From assembly GCA_965153355.1 (NCBI GenBank), contig OZ231126.1, forward strand, positions 6,820,001 to 6,884,000: a stretch of DNA of 64,000 nucleotides. The letters are read 5' to 3'. Origin of the DNA: Flaccisagitta enflata (lineage: Eukaryota). This document shows positions 45,455 to 58,883 of this stretch, piece after piece. The notes beneath the pieces were generated by a model. It saw nothing but the letters and a program-made list of their open reading frames with translations. It ran no database searches and was not told the origin of the DNA. The translations under genes were made by a program, and so were the position numbers. Every line of letters begins with the position of its first letter. The stretch's first letter is position 1.

Positions 45455-46389
45455 CATATGAGTAATCTCCAGTAAAATTTTTGTGTAAATGGAAGCATTT
45501 TTAGTCTCCCAAATTGCAAAAATATTCTCACAGGTAGCTGAATATTTCTTATCCTGAGCGAGCTTAAAATCAATTAATATCTACCCTGCTAGACTTTATC
45601 TGAGTAGAAGCGAATTTTGCCTAGTATTAGTAAATAGCACCATCAGCTACAGTTCAAAAATCATAACAAAACTCCCAAAACTTTTTACACAATGCTAATT
45701 TTACTAAAGATTGAATTATTTTGATTTAGGATAAATGTCATCTCCGGCAGTCAAAAAAGGAGGTGATTTCAGTAAAAACGTGATAACGGCTAAAGTATTC
45801 AACGGATTTTGATGAAATTTTAACCAGACATAGTCCAAATCATGGTTATCATTCCCTGTAAATTTTATGCAAATTGGTCAACATCTTCTTATGTTTTTGC
45901 TCCCTCAAAATTCGTTCGCTTTTTTATTTTGCCATAGTTAGTATTTAGGCCTGTAGGGTGGGGTTTGGGATTTGAGGGTGAGACTTGGGCCTCGAGGGTG
46001 GATTTGGGCCTTGAGGCTAGGATTTGAGTAGGGGGGAAACAGACGGAGAAGAGGAAGGAGCAGGAGGAAAAAATCCCCCATATGTGTGAAAGCATAGGTC
46101 ATCAACCCCTTTGGGGCCGCTGCCCAGAAAGGGAGCTGACTGTTGTTTATCATTTTACTACATTTTTCTCTCTCTCTTTTCCCTCCCTATAATCGCTCAT
46201 CAAACATGGATATAACCTCACCCAACTCCATTTATTCCTCCTCCTGCTCCTCCTCTTCATCCTCCTCCTCTACCGCCGCCTCTACACTTCCTTCAGGTAA
46301 GCGAAGCCATATTTATGCTGTTACTTCTCTATCTAATGAATGACTACAAGCCAAGATTTAAATAGGAAACTCTGCTAGAGCACCAACGC

Positions 46390-46498
<109 letters not shown>

Positions 46499-47356
46499 GC
46501 AGACAGAGACAGAGAAAGACAGATATGACAGACAGACAGAGACAGCGACAGACAGACATACAGAGACAGGGAGACACAGAGAGAGGCATAGAGTTAGAGG
46601 CAGAGCTTGTACAAAAAATGATCAGACAAGACTGACAGACACATAGAGAGCGAGAAACAGAGAGCAAATGAACAATTTCTTCCGGAGAAGATGAAAATGT
46701 TGTCATTGATGATTTAAACAAGGCCGGATACACAGCTACCCAAGTCGCGTGCGGGTGGGCAGGGGCAGTGATGAAATAGATTCGCTAGGCAGTTGGGCAG
46801 GAGCTGCAACCCCAAAACCGCCCGTAAACGCTTCCTTCCTTACTTTTTTCATTGCTCTGCTTTCATTTTCCCCTTTCATTCTTACTTCCTTCCTTGCTTA
46901 CTTTTTTCAATGCTCTGCTGTCATCTTTGTTTCACCTTCTCTTGCTTTTGTGTATCCTCTGTTCCTTATCTATCCGTCCGTCCCCCCGTGGGCCCACCGC
47001 ATGCCTCGAGACATGAATCCCGGCCACAAGGCCCAAATTCCAGCCTCAAGGCCCAAATGTAAATCCTGGGGCTAGCAGAGGGGGGGGGACCCAAAGCTTA
47101 TATGGCTCAAGCAAATTTCTCACTTGATGTGGTGGATTACACCTTGGGTGGATACGATTGGCGCCCCCCTGGCAAACACCCCCGAAAATATGAAAATTGG
47201 AGAAAAAAGTTGTTCAATTTTTTGGAGGGCTTTGAGGGAGAAAACTTTCGGTCCCTCCTCCGCTCTTAAGAGAGATCTTATTAGGGTCCCGTCTGCACAA
47301 TGCCTGGGTATTTCGTGTAAGTCTGTGTTTCTCTCTGTCTGTCTGACTGTCTGTCC

Positions 47357-47407
<51 letters not shown>

Positions 47408-47413
47408 ACTCAC

Positions 47414-47541
47414 TTTAAGAAATTGATTGACGTTTCCACGAAGTGGTTCATGGCTTGGTCTGAGGCCACAATGTCTTTGAAGCCATCTGCGGCCGCGTTC
47501 CATCCGCCAATCGCGAACAAAAACTTCAAATTCGCGTTGAT
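47414..47541 (-). CDS. GH18 chitinase coding exon 3
   Basis: ccag|INANLKFLFAIGGWNAAADGFKDIVASDQAMNHFVETSINFL|gtgagt; contains the (S/A)IGGW motif; phases 0->2. Confidence 0.95.
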
Positions 47542-48366
47542 CTGGATGCAATAAATTAGGCTTTTCAGCATCCTATACGGATGGACAGATCGCGTATGGA
47601 CGGACATGTCGGACATGACGGACGGATTGATAGTTGGACAGACGGGACAACAACGGAATGAATTGATGGAGTGATAACAATTTCTTGGATGGGTGGAAGG
47701 ACAGACCAACGAACTGATAATTAGAAGGATAGATGGATGGATGGATATAAAGTTCCCTAATGGGACAGACCCACGGACGACTTAAGTAAAGGATGATGGA
47801 CAGACAGACCAATGAACGGGTTTAGAAAAGGATGGATGGACATTGGACAATTTGATAGACAAAGTCTTTACAAAAACTGCGTGAACGCAATTAATGGTAG
47901 TAAGATAACAGCTGTATAGCTATCCAATATTCGTTGAACCCTCCATAAAAAAAAGGTTGGATACACGGCTACCAAAGTCGCGTGGAGGTGAGCATGGGCC
48001 ATATTTGACATTACTAGACCACTTGGGCAGGAGCAGTGGGGTCAAAAAAAAATCATGAAAAAAAGTAAAATGTGACCAACCAACCAACTGACCGACCAAC
48101 CGCCCAACCTATGGACGGACAAAGCCGGTTATAGAGTCGCATGCACCCAACTAAAAATTCCAACCTGAAAACAAGCATAGACTTTGAGAGTATCGCTATT
48201 GAAAGAACAATAGCTACAACAACCGCACTTCAGAGAGTTACTTTGACTCTTTCAAACATAACAAATCTGGGGTCTGTAGCATCTTGCAGCAATGGTCATC
48301 TTAAGTAATTACTTGTCTTACGGTCAGACAATTTTCTGTATCCAAGATGGTAAATGAATAACTGAC

Positions 48367-48509
48367 CTTTTTGAGATCAATGAGTCTTCCAATGACTTCT
48401 CCGTCATTGGGCTCAAATGTGGCCAATTCCCCATTTTTAATCGTGCCAAAAGAGAAAATCATGTGAGTACAAAGTGTTGGATCAACATCCTCAGGCCTAA
48501 ACTTGCCAC
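48367..48509 (-). CDS. GH18 chitinase coding exon 2
   Basis: ttttcag|GT GGC AAG... = GKFRPEDVDPTLCTHMIFSFGTIKNGELATFEPNDGEVIGRLIDLKK|gtcagt; contains the DPxLCTH motif. Not in the ORF track. Confidence 0.92.
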
Positions 48510-49439
48510 CTGAAAAGGATCAGAATAAAGGTTATGTTAGTACAAAGTGTTGGATCAACATCCTGAGGCCAAAAAAACGCCACATGAAAAGGATTATAGT
48601 AAAGATCATTTAAATACAGAATGTTGGATTAACATCCTCAGGCCAAAAAACACTGCCTGATTAGGATTGAAATAAAGATCATTTGAATACAAAGTGTTAG
48701 ATCAACATCCTCAGGCCAAAAAACGCCACCTGAATGGGAACAGAATAAAGATCATTTGAGCACAAAGTGTTGGATCAACATCCTCAGGCCAAAACACACC
48801 AACTGAAAATGATTTGAATAAAAATCATTTGAGTACAGAATGTTGGAGCTACATCATCACATTCATCAGGCCAAAAATGCTGCCTGATTAGGATTGAAAT
48901 AAAGATCATTTGAATACAGAATGTTAGATCAACATCCTCAGGCCAAAACTCGCCACCTGAAAAGGATCAGAATAAAGATCATGTGAGTAAAATTATACAT
49001 ACAAAGTGTTGGATCAACATCCTTAGGCCAAAACACACCACCCTGAAAATGATTTGAATGAAGATCATTAGAGTACTGAATGTTAGAGCTACATCATCAG
49101 GCCAAAAAAATGCCACATGATTAGGATCAAAATAAAGAAGTACAGAATGTCGGATCAACATTCTCAGACCAAAAGACGCCACCTGAAAAGGATTAGAACA
49201 AGGCCGGATACACGGCTACCCCAGTCGCGTGCGGGTGGGCAGGGGCCATAATTGAGGTCAGTGGAGCATTTGGGCAGGAGCAGTAAGGCCAAAAACCACA
49301 TTAACGCCAAAAAAGTAAAGTGTGACGGACCGACGGACCGACGGACCGACGGACGGACCGACAAAGCAGGGTGTAGAGTCGCGTAGCACGCGACTAAAAA
49401 AGTTCATGTGAGTACAAAGTGTTGAATCAACATCCTCAG

Positions 49440-51425
49440 GAGATATTCCGTGGCGTTCCTTTATAACATATTAAACCGCCAAAAATCGTTTTAAAAATGC
49501 AAAAAAATGGATAATTGTAACAAAAATTATGAATTCTTGTCACAAAAATTGCTTGAAAAGGGCGTTTTGAAATGACTTAGAATGACCTAAAACGACCAAA
49601 ATTGACTTAAAATGACTAAAAAACCAAAAAACCAAAAATAACTTAAAATAACTTAAAATGACTTAAAATGACTTAAAATGACTTAGACTGACTCAAAATG
49701 ACTTGAAATAACTATAAATGACTTAAAATAACTTAAAATGACCTAAGAGTTGACGTTATAGTACAAAAAAGTAAAGTGTGACGGACGGACGGACGGACGG
49801 ACGGACGGACGGACCGACGGACGGACGGACGGACGGACGGACCGACAAAGCGGGTTGTAGAGTCGCGTGCACGCGACTAAAAATGCAAAAAAATGGATAA
49901 TTGTAACAAAAATTATGAATTCTTGTCACAAAAATGCTTAAAAAGGGCATTTTGAAACGGGCGTTCTTATGCAGTTTTAAAACGATCTGATATTGTCGTT
50001 TCAAAACCACAAGTATGCGCAACTTTTGAAACGAATATTGAGGCATAGTTGTCGTTCCAAAACTTAGCAATTCTAAAGTTCTAAAACCATGAGATTTTTG
50101 CATTTCAAAACGCTTGAAAACAGTGCTAAAGTAACGGCCAGCAAGGGAAAAAATCTATATATCTTTGTAATCTTAACACCTTTTTTACTGTTTTGAAAAC
50201 GCAAAAAATTAAAGTATAGAAACTAAGAAAAAATGTGTTAATAAATTGAAATATGGTTATATGCTAACTATGGCAAAATAAAAAAAGACAGTAATTTTCA
50301 AAATTATATTGTGAGCTCATTTTTTAGAGCAGCTTTATAATTAGTTTGTCAAATTTGCTACCTAGCAAAAAAATCAGATCTTGAAAAAGTTTATTTTTGC
50401 GCCCATAGCATTGATTTTTGCAAAATTTGTCTGTTGAACAATCGCCGAGTTAGTATCTGTTTCAGTTTAGATCTAACTTTGAAAATCAACTGTGAGCTCA
50501 ATTCTTAAAGCAAGATCAAAATTTTTGAGTTGGTGATAGCATGTCAAATTTCTGACACAGTAAAAAAATCAGAACTCAAAAAAGTTTATCACTGTAGCTG
50601 CAACATCAATTTTTGTAAAATCGGTTTAAGTTAGATGGTTAGATGGTTAATTTTTGTGAATAGACCTCAAAAAAAAGATTTAGAATTGATATCCAGTTTT
50701 GACAGATTTTATAAGAATTGATGTAGAAGGTACAAAAATAGACTTTTTTGAAATCTGATTTTTTTGCTATGTCAGAAATTTGACCTGCTATCACCATCTC
50801 AAAAATGTTGATCTTGCTCTAAAAATTGAGCTCAGAGTAAGTTTTCAAAGTTTGATCTGAACTGAAACCTATTTGGCAGTGGTTCAATTGACAAATTTTG
50901 CAAAACTCAATGCTGTGGGCGCAAAAATCAACTTTTTCAACATCTGATTTTTTTACCAGGTAGCAAATTTGACGAACTATCACAGTCTAAAAAATTATGA
51001 AGCTGCTCTGAAAAATGAGCTCACAATATCATTTTGAAAATTACTGTCTTTTTTTATCTTGCCATAGTTAGGTGGAACAATTTCTCTGACTTTGCCCAAA
51101 CTGAAATGAATGGAGGAGGGCCCCGTTAGCCCTCACTGACTGGCTAAAACGCGCGCCACTCATGGTTTTCCATAAAACTGAATCTGAAAGACATTCGTTT
51201 TGGACAGCAGCCCCAAAGGAGTTGATGACCTATGCTTTCACACATATGCGGTATTGTATCCTCCTCCTTCTTCATCTCCTTCATAACCCCCTTCCCCCAA
51301 CTTCTAGGCCCATATCTCAGCCTTGAGGCCCATATCCAAGCCTCGAGGCCCAAATCCAAGACTTGAGGCCTAAATTCCAACCTTAAGGCCAAAATCCCAA
51401 CCCCAAGGCCCAAATTCCAGCCCGG

Positions 51426-51511
<86 letters not shown>

Positions 51512-52102
51512 CTGTGACATGGGGGCTGGACACCCTTGCTTACCAAAATTTTGTAATATTGTTGTCGAATTGTGAGTCCATGTCACCTGTATTTTATGTA
51601 AATTTGCTAAAGTTGAATGTTTAACTACTTTGATGGACGCTACAAAAAGCTTACTTTTTACATTTTTGAAACTGCAAAATATTGAAGTTTTGATACTGCA
51701 AAAAAAATGAAGTTATGAAACCTTTTTACAAGCAACTTTTTTACACTTTTAAAACTGCAAAAGAATTGCATAGTTTTACTACCAAAACATACTGTTTGAA
51801 AAAGCTTATTTTTTTCAGTTTTGAAACGGCAAATAATAGCTGGCTAGAAGGGAGAAAAAAATGTTATTTTAGTCATGTTTTCAAAAGCCCTTTTTATGCA
51901 GTTTTGATACTCCCAAAAAACGCGGTTTCAAAACGGCAACTATGCCTGCGTTTTGAAACCCCAGATTTCAGCCACAAAAGGACGTTGTTGTATGCATAAA
52001 TGTTTTTTTTGGACGTCCTGAAACTGCTGCATACTAGGAGTTTTGATACGTCGTTCCCCTATTTGGGATGATAATGCCATAATAACGCCAACGAAATACC
52101 TG
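49440..52102. mobile_element. Composite non-autonomous DNA transposon inserted in the exon-2 junction array
   Basis: 8-9-bp TSD atcctcag(g) at 49432 and 52103; imperfect TIRs gagatattccgtggcgtt / aacgccaacgaaatacctg. Confidence 0.65.
50264..51071. mobile_element. Foldback element (~0.8-kb imperfect palindrome) with the same terminal motif ctaactatggcaa
   Basis: ctaactatggcaaaataaaaaaagacagtaattttcaaaa ... ttttgaaaattactgtcttttttt..ttgccatagttag; the arms pair to the centre. Confidence 0.85.
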
Positions 52103-52438
52103 ATCCTCAGGCCAAAACACGCCACCTGATTAGGATCAAAATGAAGATCATTTCCGTACAGAATGTTGGATCAACATTTTCAGACAAAAACACACCACTT
52201 GAAAATGATCAAAATACAGAGTACAGAATGTTGGATCGACATCAACATCAACATCAAAAACGCCACCTGATTAGGATCAAAATGAAGAGTACATAATGTT
52301 TGATTTACATCTTCAGGACAAAACACTTCTAAAAATGTGGTTTGGACTAGTTTCTGTCAGCATGAAAATAATCAACTATTGCTCTCAAAATAAGTAAGCG
52401 GTTGATGCTGGACTGCTCACGTTGAATCCCGTATTTAC

Positions 52439-52548
52439 CTTCGCCTGTATTGAGCCCAATTTGTGTAGTAGCAGACAATTTTGTATTCTGCTGCCGCATA
52501 TGAACAAAAGGCCAACAAAAATGGCAACAAAATGCTCAACAACGCCAT
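52439..52548 (-). CDS. GH18 chitinase coding exon 1 (signal peptide + start of catalytic domain)
   Basis: MALLSILLPFLLAFCSYAAA-EYKIVCYYTNWAQYRR: hydrophobic leader followed by the animal GH18 N-terminal motif VCYYTNWAQYR. Acceptor CTAG lies 2 nt before the ATG (implying an unlocated upstream 5'UTR exon). Donor AG|GTAAAT at 52438 is phase 2, whereas exon 2 needs phase 1 (see findings). Confidence 0.9.
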
Positions 52549-52571
52549 TTCTAGGAGAAAAAAAGAAATGA

Positions 52572-53230
<659 letters not shown>

Positions 53231-53896
53231 ACGACCATTTATGGAAACTTGTGCAAAAAGAATTCATTGAAACGAGAAAAAGAAGGGGCATGGTAGAATT
53301 AGAAAGTCATTCATCTAAAAACAAACGCTCAATAAGTTGTTCACAATTTAATTTCACTTTTGGGTGAGAGATTTAATTTGAATTATTTCATATTCATTCC
53401 TGGATATAAAATCAATCTCAATTTCAATTTCAATAAAACAAGATATATTGCTTAATAAGTTTGTGTTTGAGTCCAGCGAGCTACCCTTCATGAAATTGTG
53501 AAAAAGATCTTTCATTACGTGAAAAATGCCTTTATAGTTATACTCATGAGTCATGACATTTGTTTTAATATCTGATATCAAATCTGTTACTTTTGACATG
53601 ATCAAAAGGTCAAATCAAAAACAACGTTCAATTTTCTGTTTTGATTTCTTATTGGAATTTGCTTTGACAAAAAAGGTTACATATTGTTGCACTTATCATA
53701 TCTATTTATGAGTCAATCTAGAATATTTACAGCGCGCATGTGTGTGTATGTGTGTGGGGGTGTTTCTAGTCAGAGACAATCGCGATTTTTAACGGGCCAC
53801 TCGGCCACTCGGTAGCGGATGTCAAAAAGGGCTCTGAAAGGAGCAATCAAGTTGGGGTACCACTGAGCGTCAAGCAAGGTGGAATCAACTCCCCCG

Positions 53897-54100
53897 ATTT
53901 TTAGTCGCGTGCTACGCGACTCTACACCCCGCTTTGTCGGTCCGTCGGTCGGTCCGTCGGTCCGCCCGTCCCGCTTTACTTTTTTTGGTTTTTTTGGGAT
54001 TTTTGGCCTTACTGCTCCTACCCAAATGATCTGGTGACCTCAATTATGGCCCCTGCCCACCCGCACGCGACTGGGGTAGCCGTGTATCCGGCCTTGTTTT
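53897..54100 (+). mobile_element. HINE-like family A, short full-length copy (representative)
   Basis: tttttagtcgcgtgctacgcgactctac-(GTCC/GGTC)n-...-cccgcacgcgactggggtagccgtgtatccggccttgtttt. Other copies at ~1413-1563, 6912-7070, 20284-20630, 26255-26442, 28852-29653, 39773-39950, 40323-40537, 41383-41590, 47955-48157, 49197-49401, 49560-49883, 58543-58778, 60350-60564. Confidence 0.8.
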
Positions 54101-54154
54101 CTCTACTTTGATGACCTTACTTTTTGGTGAGGCCCGACCAGAAAATCGTGGCTG

Positions 54155-54242
<88 letters not shown>

Positions 54243-54301
54243 GTGTGTGTGTTTCTCTCTCTGCGTCTCTGTCTCTGCCTCTCTCTCTCTGTTTCTCTTC
54301 A

Positions 54302-54360
<59 letters not shown>

Positions 54361-57300
54361 AGCTTTCACCAACTAGAAAAAGTTTTAAACCAACTAGAAA
54401 AAGTTGTAAACAGCAACTCCCTCCCTCTCTCCCTCCCTCTCTCCTTCCGTCCCTCCCTCCCTCTCTTCCTCCTCCCTCTCTCCCTCTCCAACTCCCTCCC
54501 CCTCACCCTCCTTCCCTCTCCCTCCATCTATATCCCCTCTCCCTCTCTCCCCCTCCCCTCTCACTTTCTTCCTCTCTCACTCCCTCTCTTTCTCTCTCCC
54601 TCCCCCTCTCTGTCCCACTCTTTCCCTCCCTCTCCCTCCCCCTCCCTCCCCTCTCCCTCCCTTCCTCCCTCTTTCCCTCCCTCTTCTTCCCTCCCTCTCT
54701 CCCTCCCTCCCTCTCCTCTCCCTTCCTCTTCCTCCCTCTCCTCCCTCTCCCTCTTTCCCTCCCCCTCCCTCCCCCTCCCCCCTCCCTCCCTCCCTCCCTC
54801 CCTCCCTCTCTCCCTCCCTCACCCTCCCTATGCCCTCTGCTGAACTCATTTTTGTTGTTACTTAGGCCAAAAATTGAGATCAATGAAAAATATAGATCTT
54901 TGAGAAAATGCAGAAAATGTGAAAAAATAAAAAGAGATTAAAAAATTCATAGCGCCTAAAGTATCGGTCCCACAGTGCCCTGCTTTTTTCCAGAAGGTGT
55001 AAAAAAGTGCCCTCTTTCACCCTGTACCAATTTCAACCCCAGCCACGGGCGAGCCTAGTTCTGACTCAACTTTCCCAAATTGTCTCAAGCAAAAAAGGGA
55101 AACAATTATGGCCCCTGCCCACCCGCACGCGACTGGGGTAGCCGTGTATCCGGCCTTGTTTCTCTCTCTACTTTGATGACTAAACGAAATTTCTAGTATT
55201 TCCGCCAAAAAATCTATACTCATGTTTTAACGAATATCTCTGGTTATACTGGCCTAATCTTTAAAAAATCGGTGACCATATTAAAGCCCTTCAAATTTGC
55301 CAATGATCCACGCAAACCGCATCTCTCTAACTCAATTCATTCAAAAAATAATAAACTTTGAATGAAATAGTTCCATTTTACTTTTGCCATTTCTACACAA
55401 TCCTCAAATGATATCATTTCATTATTTTGTAAATTACTTCTAAACACATTGAGATAGACAGATGCGGTTTGCACAGACTGCTCGGTTGGAACTTCATGTA
55501 AGTGACAGATCCTTTACCAGTGTTGCGTGGGTGTTCCATTACCCCTGTAGAGCACCAAACAAATTGCAAAAGTTGTCTCCAATGAAGTAAAATTACTTCG
55601 AGTTTAGCTCAAAGATGATAAGGTAAATCACAATTTTGAGTAAAATTGCACCTCCTTGTCATTTCAAAGGATTAAGTTACAGAGTTTAGTTTGGTTTCTT
55701 TTGACTGATGTTGATGAAAGGAAAGGTTAACAGGTCGCCTAAGAGCAATATGTGGTCAGCAATACCCATTACCCTGCTTTGAGTGATTGGAGTGAGGGGG
55801 AGCAGGGCAGCGGCCCCAAAGGGGACAAAGTCCTGTAGAACACAGGGGGACTTACGTTCGTCCTGCCTGAGACAGCTCATTTGAGGCCTGAGAGGGTTGT
55901 TTTGAAGCCTGATTCAACTAATTTGAAGTTTGAGAGGGCTGATTTGATGGTCAGAAAGGGCAGATTTGAGGCCTGGGAGGCCTAATATGCCAGATGAGGC
56001 CCAAGATGGCTGAATGGAAGCTTGAAAGGGCTGGGAGGGCATATTTCAGGTCTGAGAGGGCAGATTTGAGGCCAGAGAGGGCAGATTTAAGGTCTGTAAG
56101 GGCAAATTTGAAGCCTGAGAGGGCTAATTTGAGGGCTGAGAGGGCGGAATTGAGGCCTGGGAAGGCGGATTTTAGGTCTGAGAGGGTAGATTTGAGGCCT
56201 AAGTGGTGTTTTGACGCTTGAGAGGGTGGATTTGAGGCCTGAGAGGATGAATTTGAGGTTTGAAAGGGCAGATATGGGGCCTGTGAGGGCTGATTCGAGC
56301 CCTAACCAGTCGCCCAAGGGCAATATGTGGTCAGCGATTCCCATTGCCCTGCTGTGAATGTTGATGATTGTAGGTGATAGGTAGCAGGGCAGCGGCCCCC
56401 GAAGGGGACAATGTCCTGTAGATCAGGGGGACTTTTGTTCATTTGTCCGTCTGTCCGTGTGTGCAAATTTAAGCCTTGAGGCTGGGATTTGAGCCTTGAG
56501 GCTGGGATTTGAGCCTTGAGGCTTGGATTTGAGCCTTGAGGCTTGGATTTGAGCCTCAAGGCTGGGATTTGAGCCTCAAGGCTGGGATCTGAGCCTCAAG
56601 GCTGGGATTTGAGCCTCAAGGCTGAGATTTGAGCCTCAAGGCTGGGATTTGAAAATCGAGGCTGGGATTTGAGCATTTGGGCTGGGATTTCAGCCTCATG
56701 GATGAGCTTTGAGCCTCGAGGATGAGATTTGAGCCCTGAGGCTGGGATTTGAGTCTCAAGGAGGGGGGGGGACAAACAAGCCGACTAATGAATAGACGAA
56801 CAAACAACAGGTTGCCCAAGGGCAATATATGGTCAGCGATACCCTTAGCCCTGCATTGAGTGGTTGTGAGTTGGATTGAGGGGAAGCAGGGCAGCGGCTC
56901 CAAAGGGGACAAAGTCCTGTAGAACACAGGGGGACTTTCGTTCGTCCTCTCTTACCTGGATGAGATGCTACATAGAGGGTTGACTGAAGGCCTTCAAGAG
57001 CTTAAATTGAGGTCTAAGAAGGCTGATGTAAGGCCTGAGAACGCCAATTGGAAGCTTGAGAGGACTAATTCGAGGCCTAATTTGAGGCATGAGAGGACAG
57101 GTTTAAGGCATGAGAATTTCGATTTGAGGCCTGCGAGGCCTAGTTTGAGATCTGAAAGGCCAGATTTGAGGCCTGCTACGTCAGATTTGAGGCCTGAGAG
57201 GCCGGATTTAAGGCCTGAGAGGCTGGATTTGAGGTCTGAGAGGCTGGATTTGAGGCCTGAGAGGCTGGATTAGAGGCCTGAGAGGCTGAATTTGAGGCCT

Positions 57301-57941
57301 GAGAGGCTAGATTTTAGGCCTGAGGGGCCGGATAAGGGAGAGGGGGGACAAACGAACGAACAAACGAAAGTCCCCCTGTGTTCTACAGGACTTTGTCCCC
57401 TTTGGGGCCGCTGCCCAAAAGTCCCCCTGTGTTCTAAAGGACATCGTCCCCTTTGGGGCTGCTGCCCAAAAGGGCTGAGTTGAGGCCTGGGAGGGGGGAC
57501 AAATGCAAACGGACAGACAAACAAAAGTCCCCCTGTGTTCTACAGGACTTCGTTCCCTTCTGGGCTGCTGCCCAAAAGCTAGTCATCCAAGGATCGCACA
57601 TGGTCAGCGGTACCCGATGCCCTGCTTTGAGTGATCTGCTGAAGGAGTGGAGTGAGAGCAGGACACAGGGGTGAATTTTCAGACGTCCCGAGGGGGCAAA
57701 TTTGAGGGCATTTTCTTGCTGGGGATTTTTTCCCTGAGAGGTTTGATTTTTGGCCTGAGAGGGTTGATTTTTGGCCTAAGAGGGCTGATTTATGGCCTGA
57801 GAGGGTTGATTATGGCTCTGTAAAAGGCATATTTAGGACCTGAGAGCTAATCTTAGGTCTAAGTGGGTTGATTTTACACTTGGGAGGGCTAACATTTGAT
57901 CTGAAAGGGTTGATTTGGGGCCGCTGCCCAAAAAGCTTTCC

Positions 57942-58883
57942 AAGCAGAGGGAAGTCTCGGGTCGCCTTCCAAAGTGTCAAAACTTGACCAACTATAGTCT
58001 AAAACGGTAGGAACTGGTAAAAGTGGTAAAGTGCATGTTTACGGTTTTTTTCTATCAACCATGAGCCTGAGAAGACCAATATAGAGGCCTGAGAGTGCAC
58101 ATTTGAGGCCTGAGGCTGATTTGAGGCCTGAAAGGCTAGACTTATGGCTAGATTTAAGAAGCAACTTACGGATGGACAGACAGATCGGCAAATGTACAAA
58201 CTGACAAATAAAAGTCCCCTTGCGTTCTGCAGGACTTGTTTGTCCCCTTTGGTGCCACTGCCCAAAAGTAGATTTAAGGGTATAAACCATAAGTGGGAAT
58301 GATGAAGGAAAGGTAGGGCTATGTGAAAGCAAAAACATATTCCATGCCATGGCTAGGAGTCAGTTCAGTGCTTCTATTCTATATCAAGTCTATGGCTGAA
58401 TAAGTTTGAGAATTAGGAGTTAACAAAGCAGCACGGTATGGCTCAAATTCTTTAAACCAAATTCAATTTTTTTTTCTTCTCAAAATGCTCTATGGCACAA
58501 GACAGTCACTCAAATACAATTCACTGTCATGGTTGATAGAAAAAAAAGGCCAACGCCTTACAGTTGCGTGCGGTTGTTAAGACCATAAGATGAAAAGACT
58601 TAAAGACTGAATTTAAATTGATTTGAAATAACTTTAAATAACTTAAAATAACTTAAAATGACTAAAGATTTCTTAAAATGACGTAAAACCAAAAAAAAAC
58701 AAAAAACTGTTACCAACAGACTGACAGATCGACCAACCGACAGAGTGGGTTGTAGAGTCGCGTTCACGCGACTAAAAACTGTAAACATGCACTTTGTACC
58801 ACTTTTACCAGTTCCTACCATTTTAGACTATAGTTAGTCAAGTTTTGACACTTAGGAAGGCCCCCCAAGACTTCCCTCTGCTT
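57942..58883. mobile_element. Element with ~110-bp TIRs containing nested family A/B insertions
   Basis: aagcagagggaagtc...gtgcatgtttac versus gtaaacatgcac...gacttccctctgctt. Confidence 0.78.

Larger units (their letters stand above)
43197..45940. mobile_element. TIR element hosting three nested insertions
   Basis: taactatggcaaaa..aaaagcgaa at the left end and ttcgcttttt..ttttgccatagtta at the right; it interrupts a family-B1 element. Confidence 0.7.
48460..52325. repeat. ~73-74-bp degenerate tandem repeat of the exon-2 acceptor junction, split by TE insertions
   Basis: Unit tacaaagtgttggatcaacatcctcaggcc...gccacctgaaaaggatcagaataaagatc; copies at 48460-49197, 49404-49440 and 52103-52325. 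Confidence 0.88.

Noticed and set aside
53685-53715. CATAAATA + TGATAAG (TATA/GATA-like) upstream of the chitinase
   Set aside because: The 5'UTR exon is unlocated, and such motifs are frequent by chance in AT-rich DNA.
54417-54830. Polypyrimidine/G-rich tract (G-quadruplex or triplex potential)
   Set aside because: Degenerate CCCT low-complexity repeat with no evidence of function.
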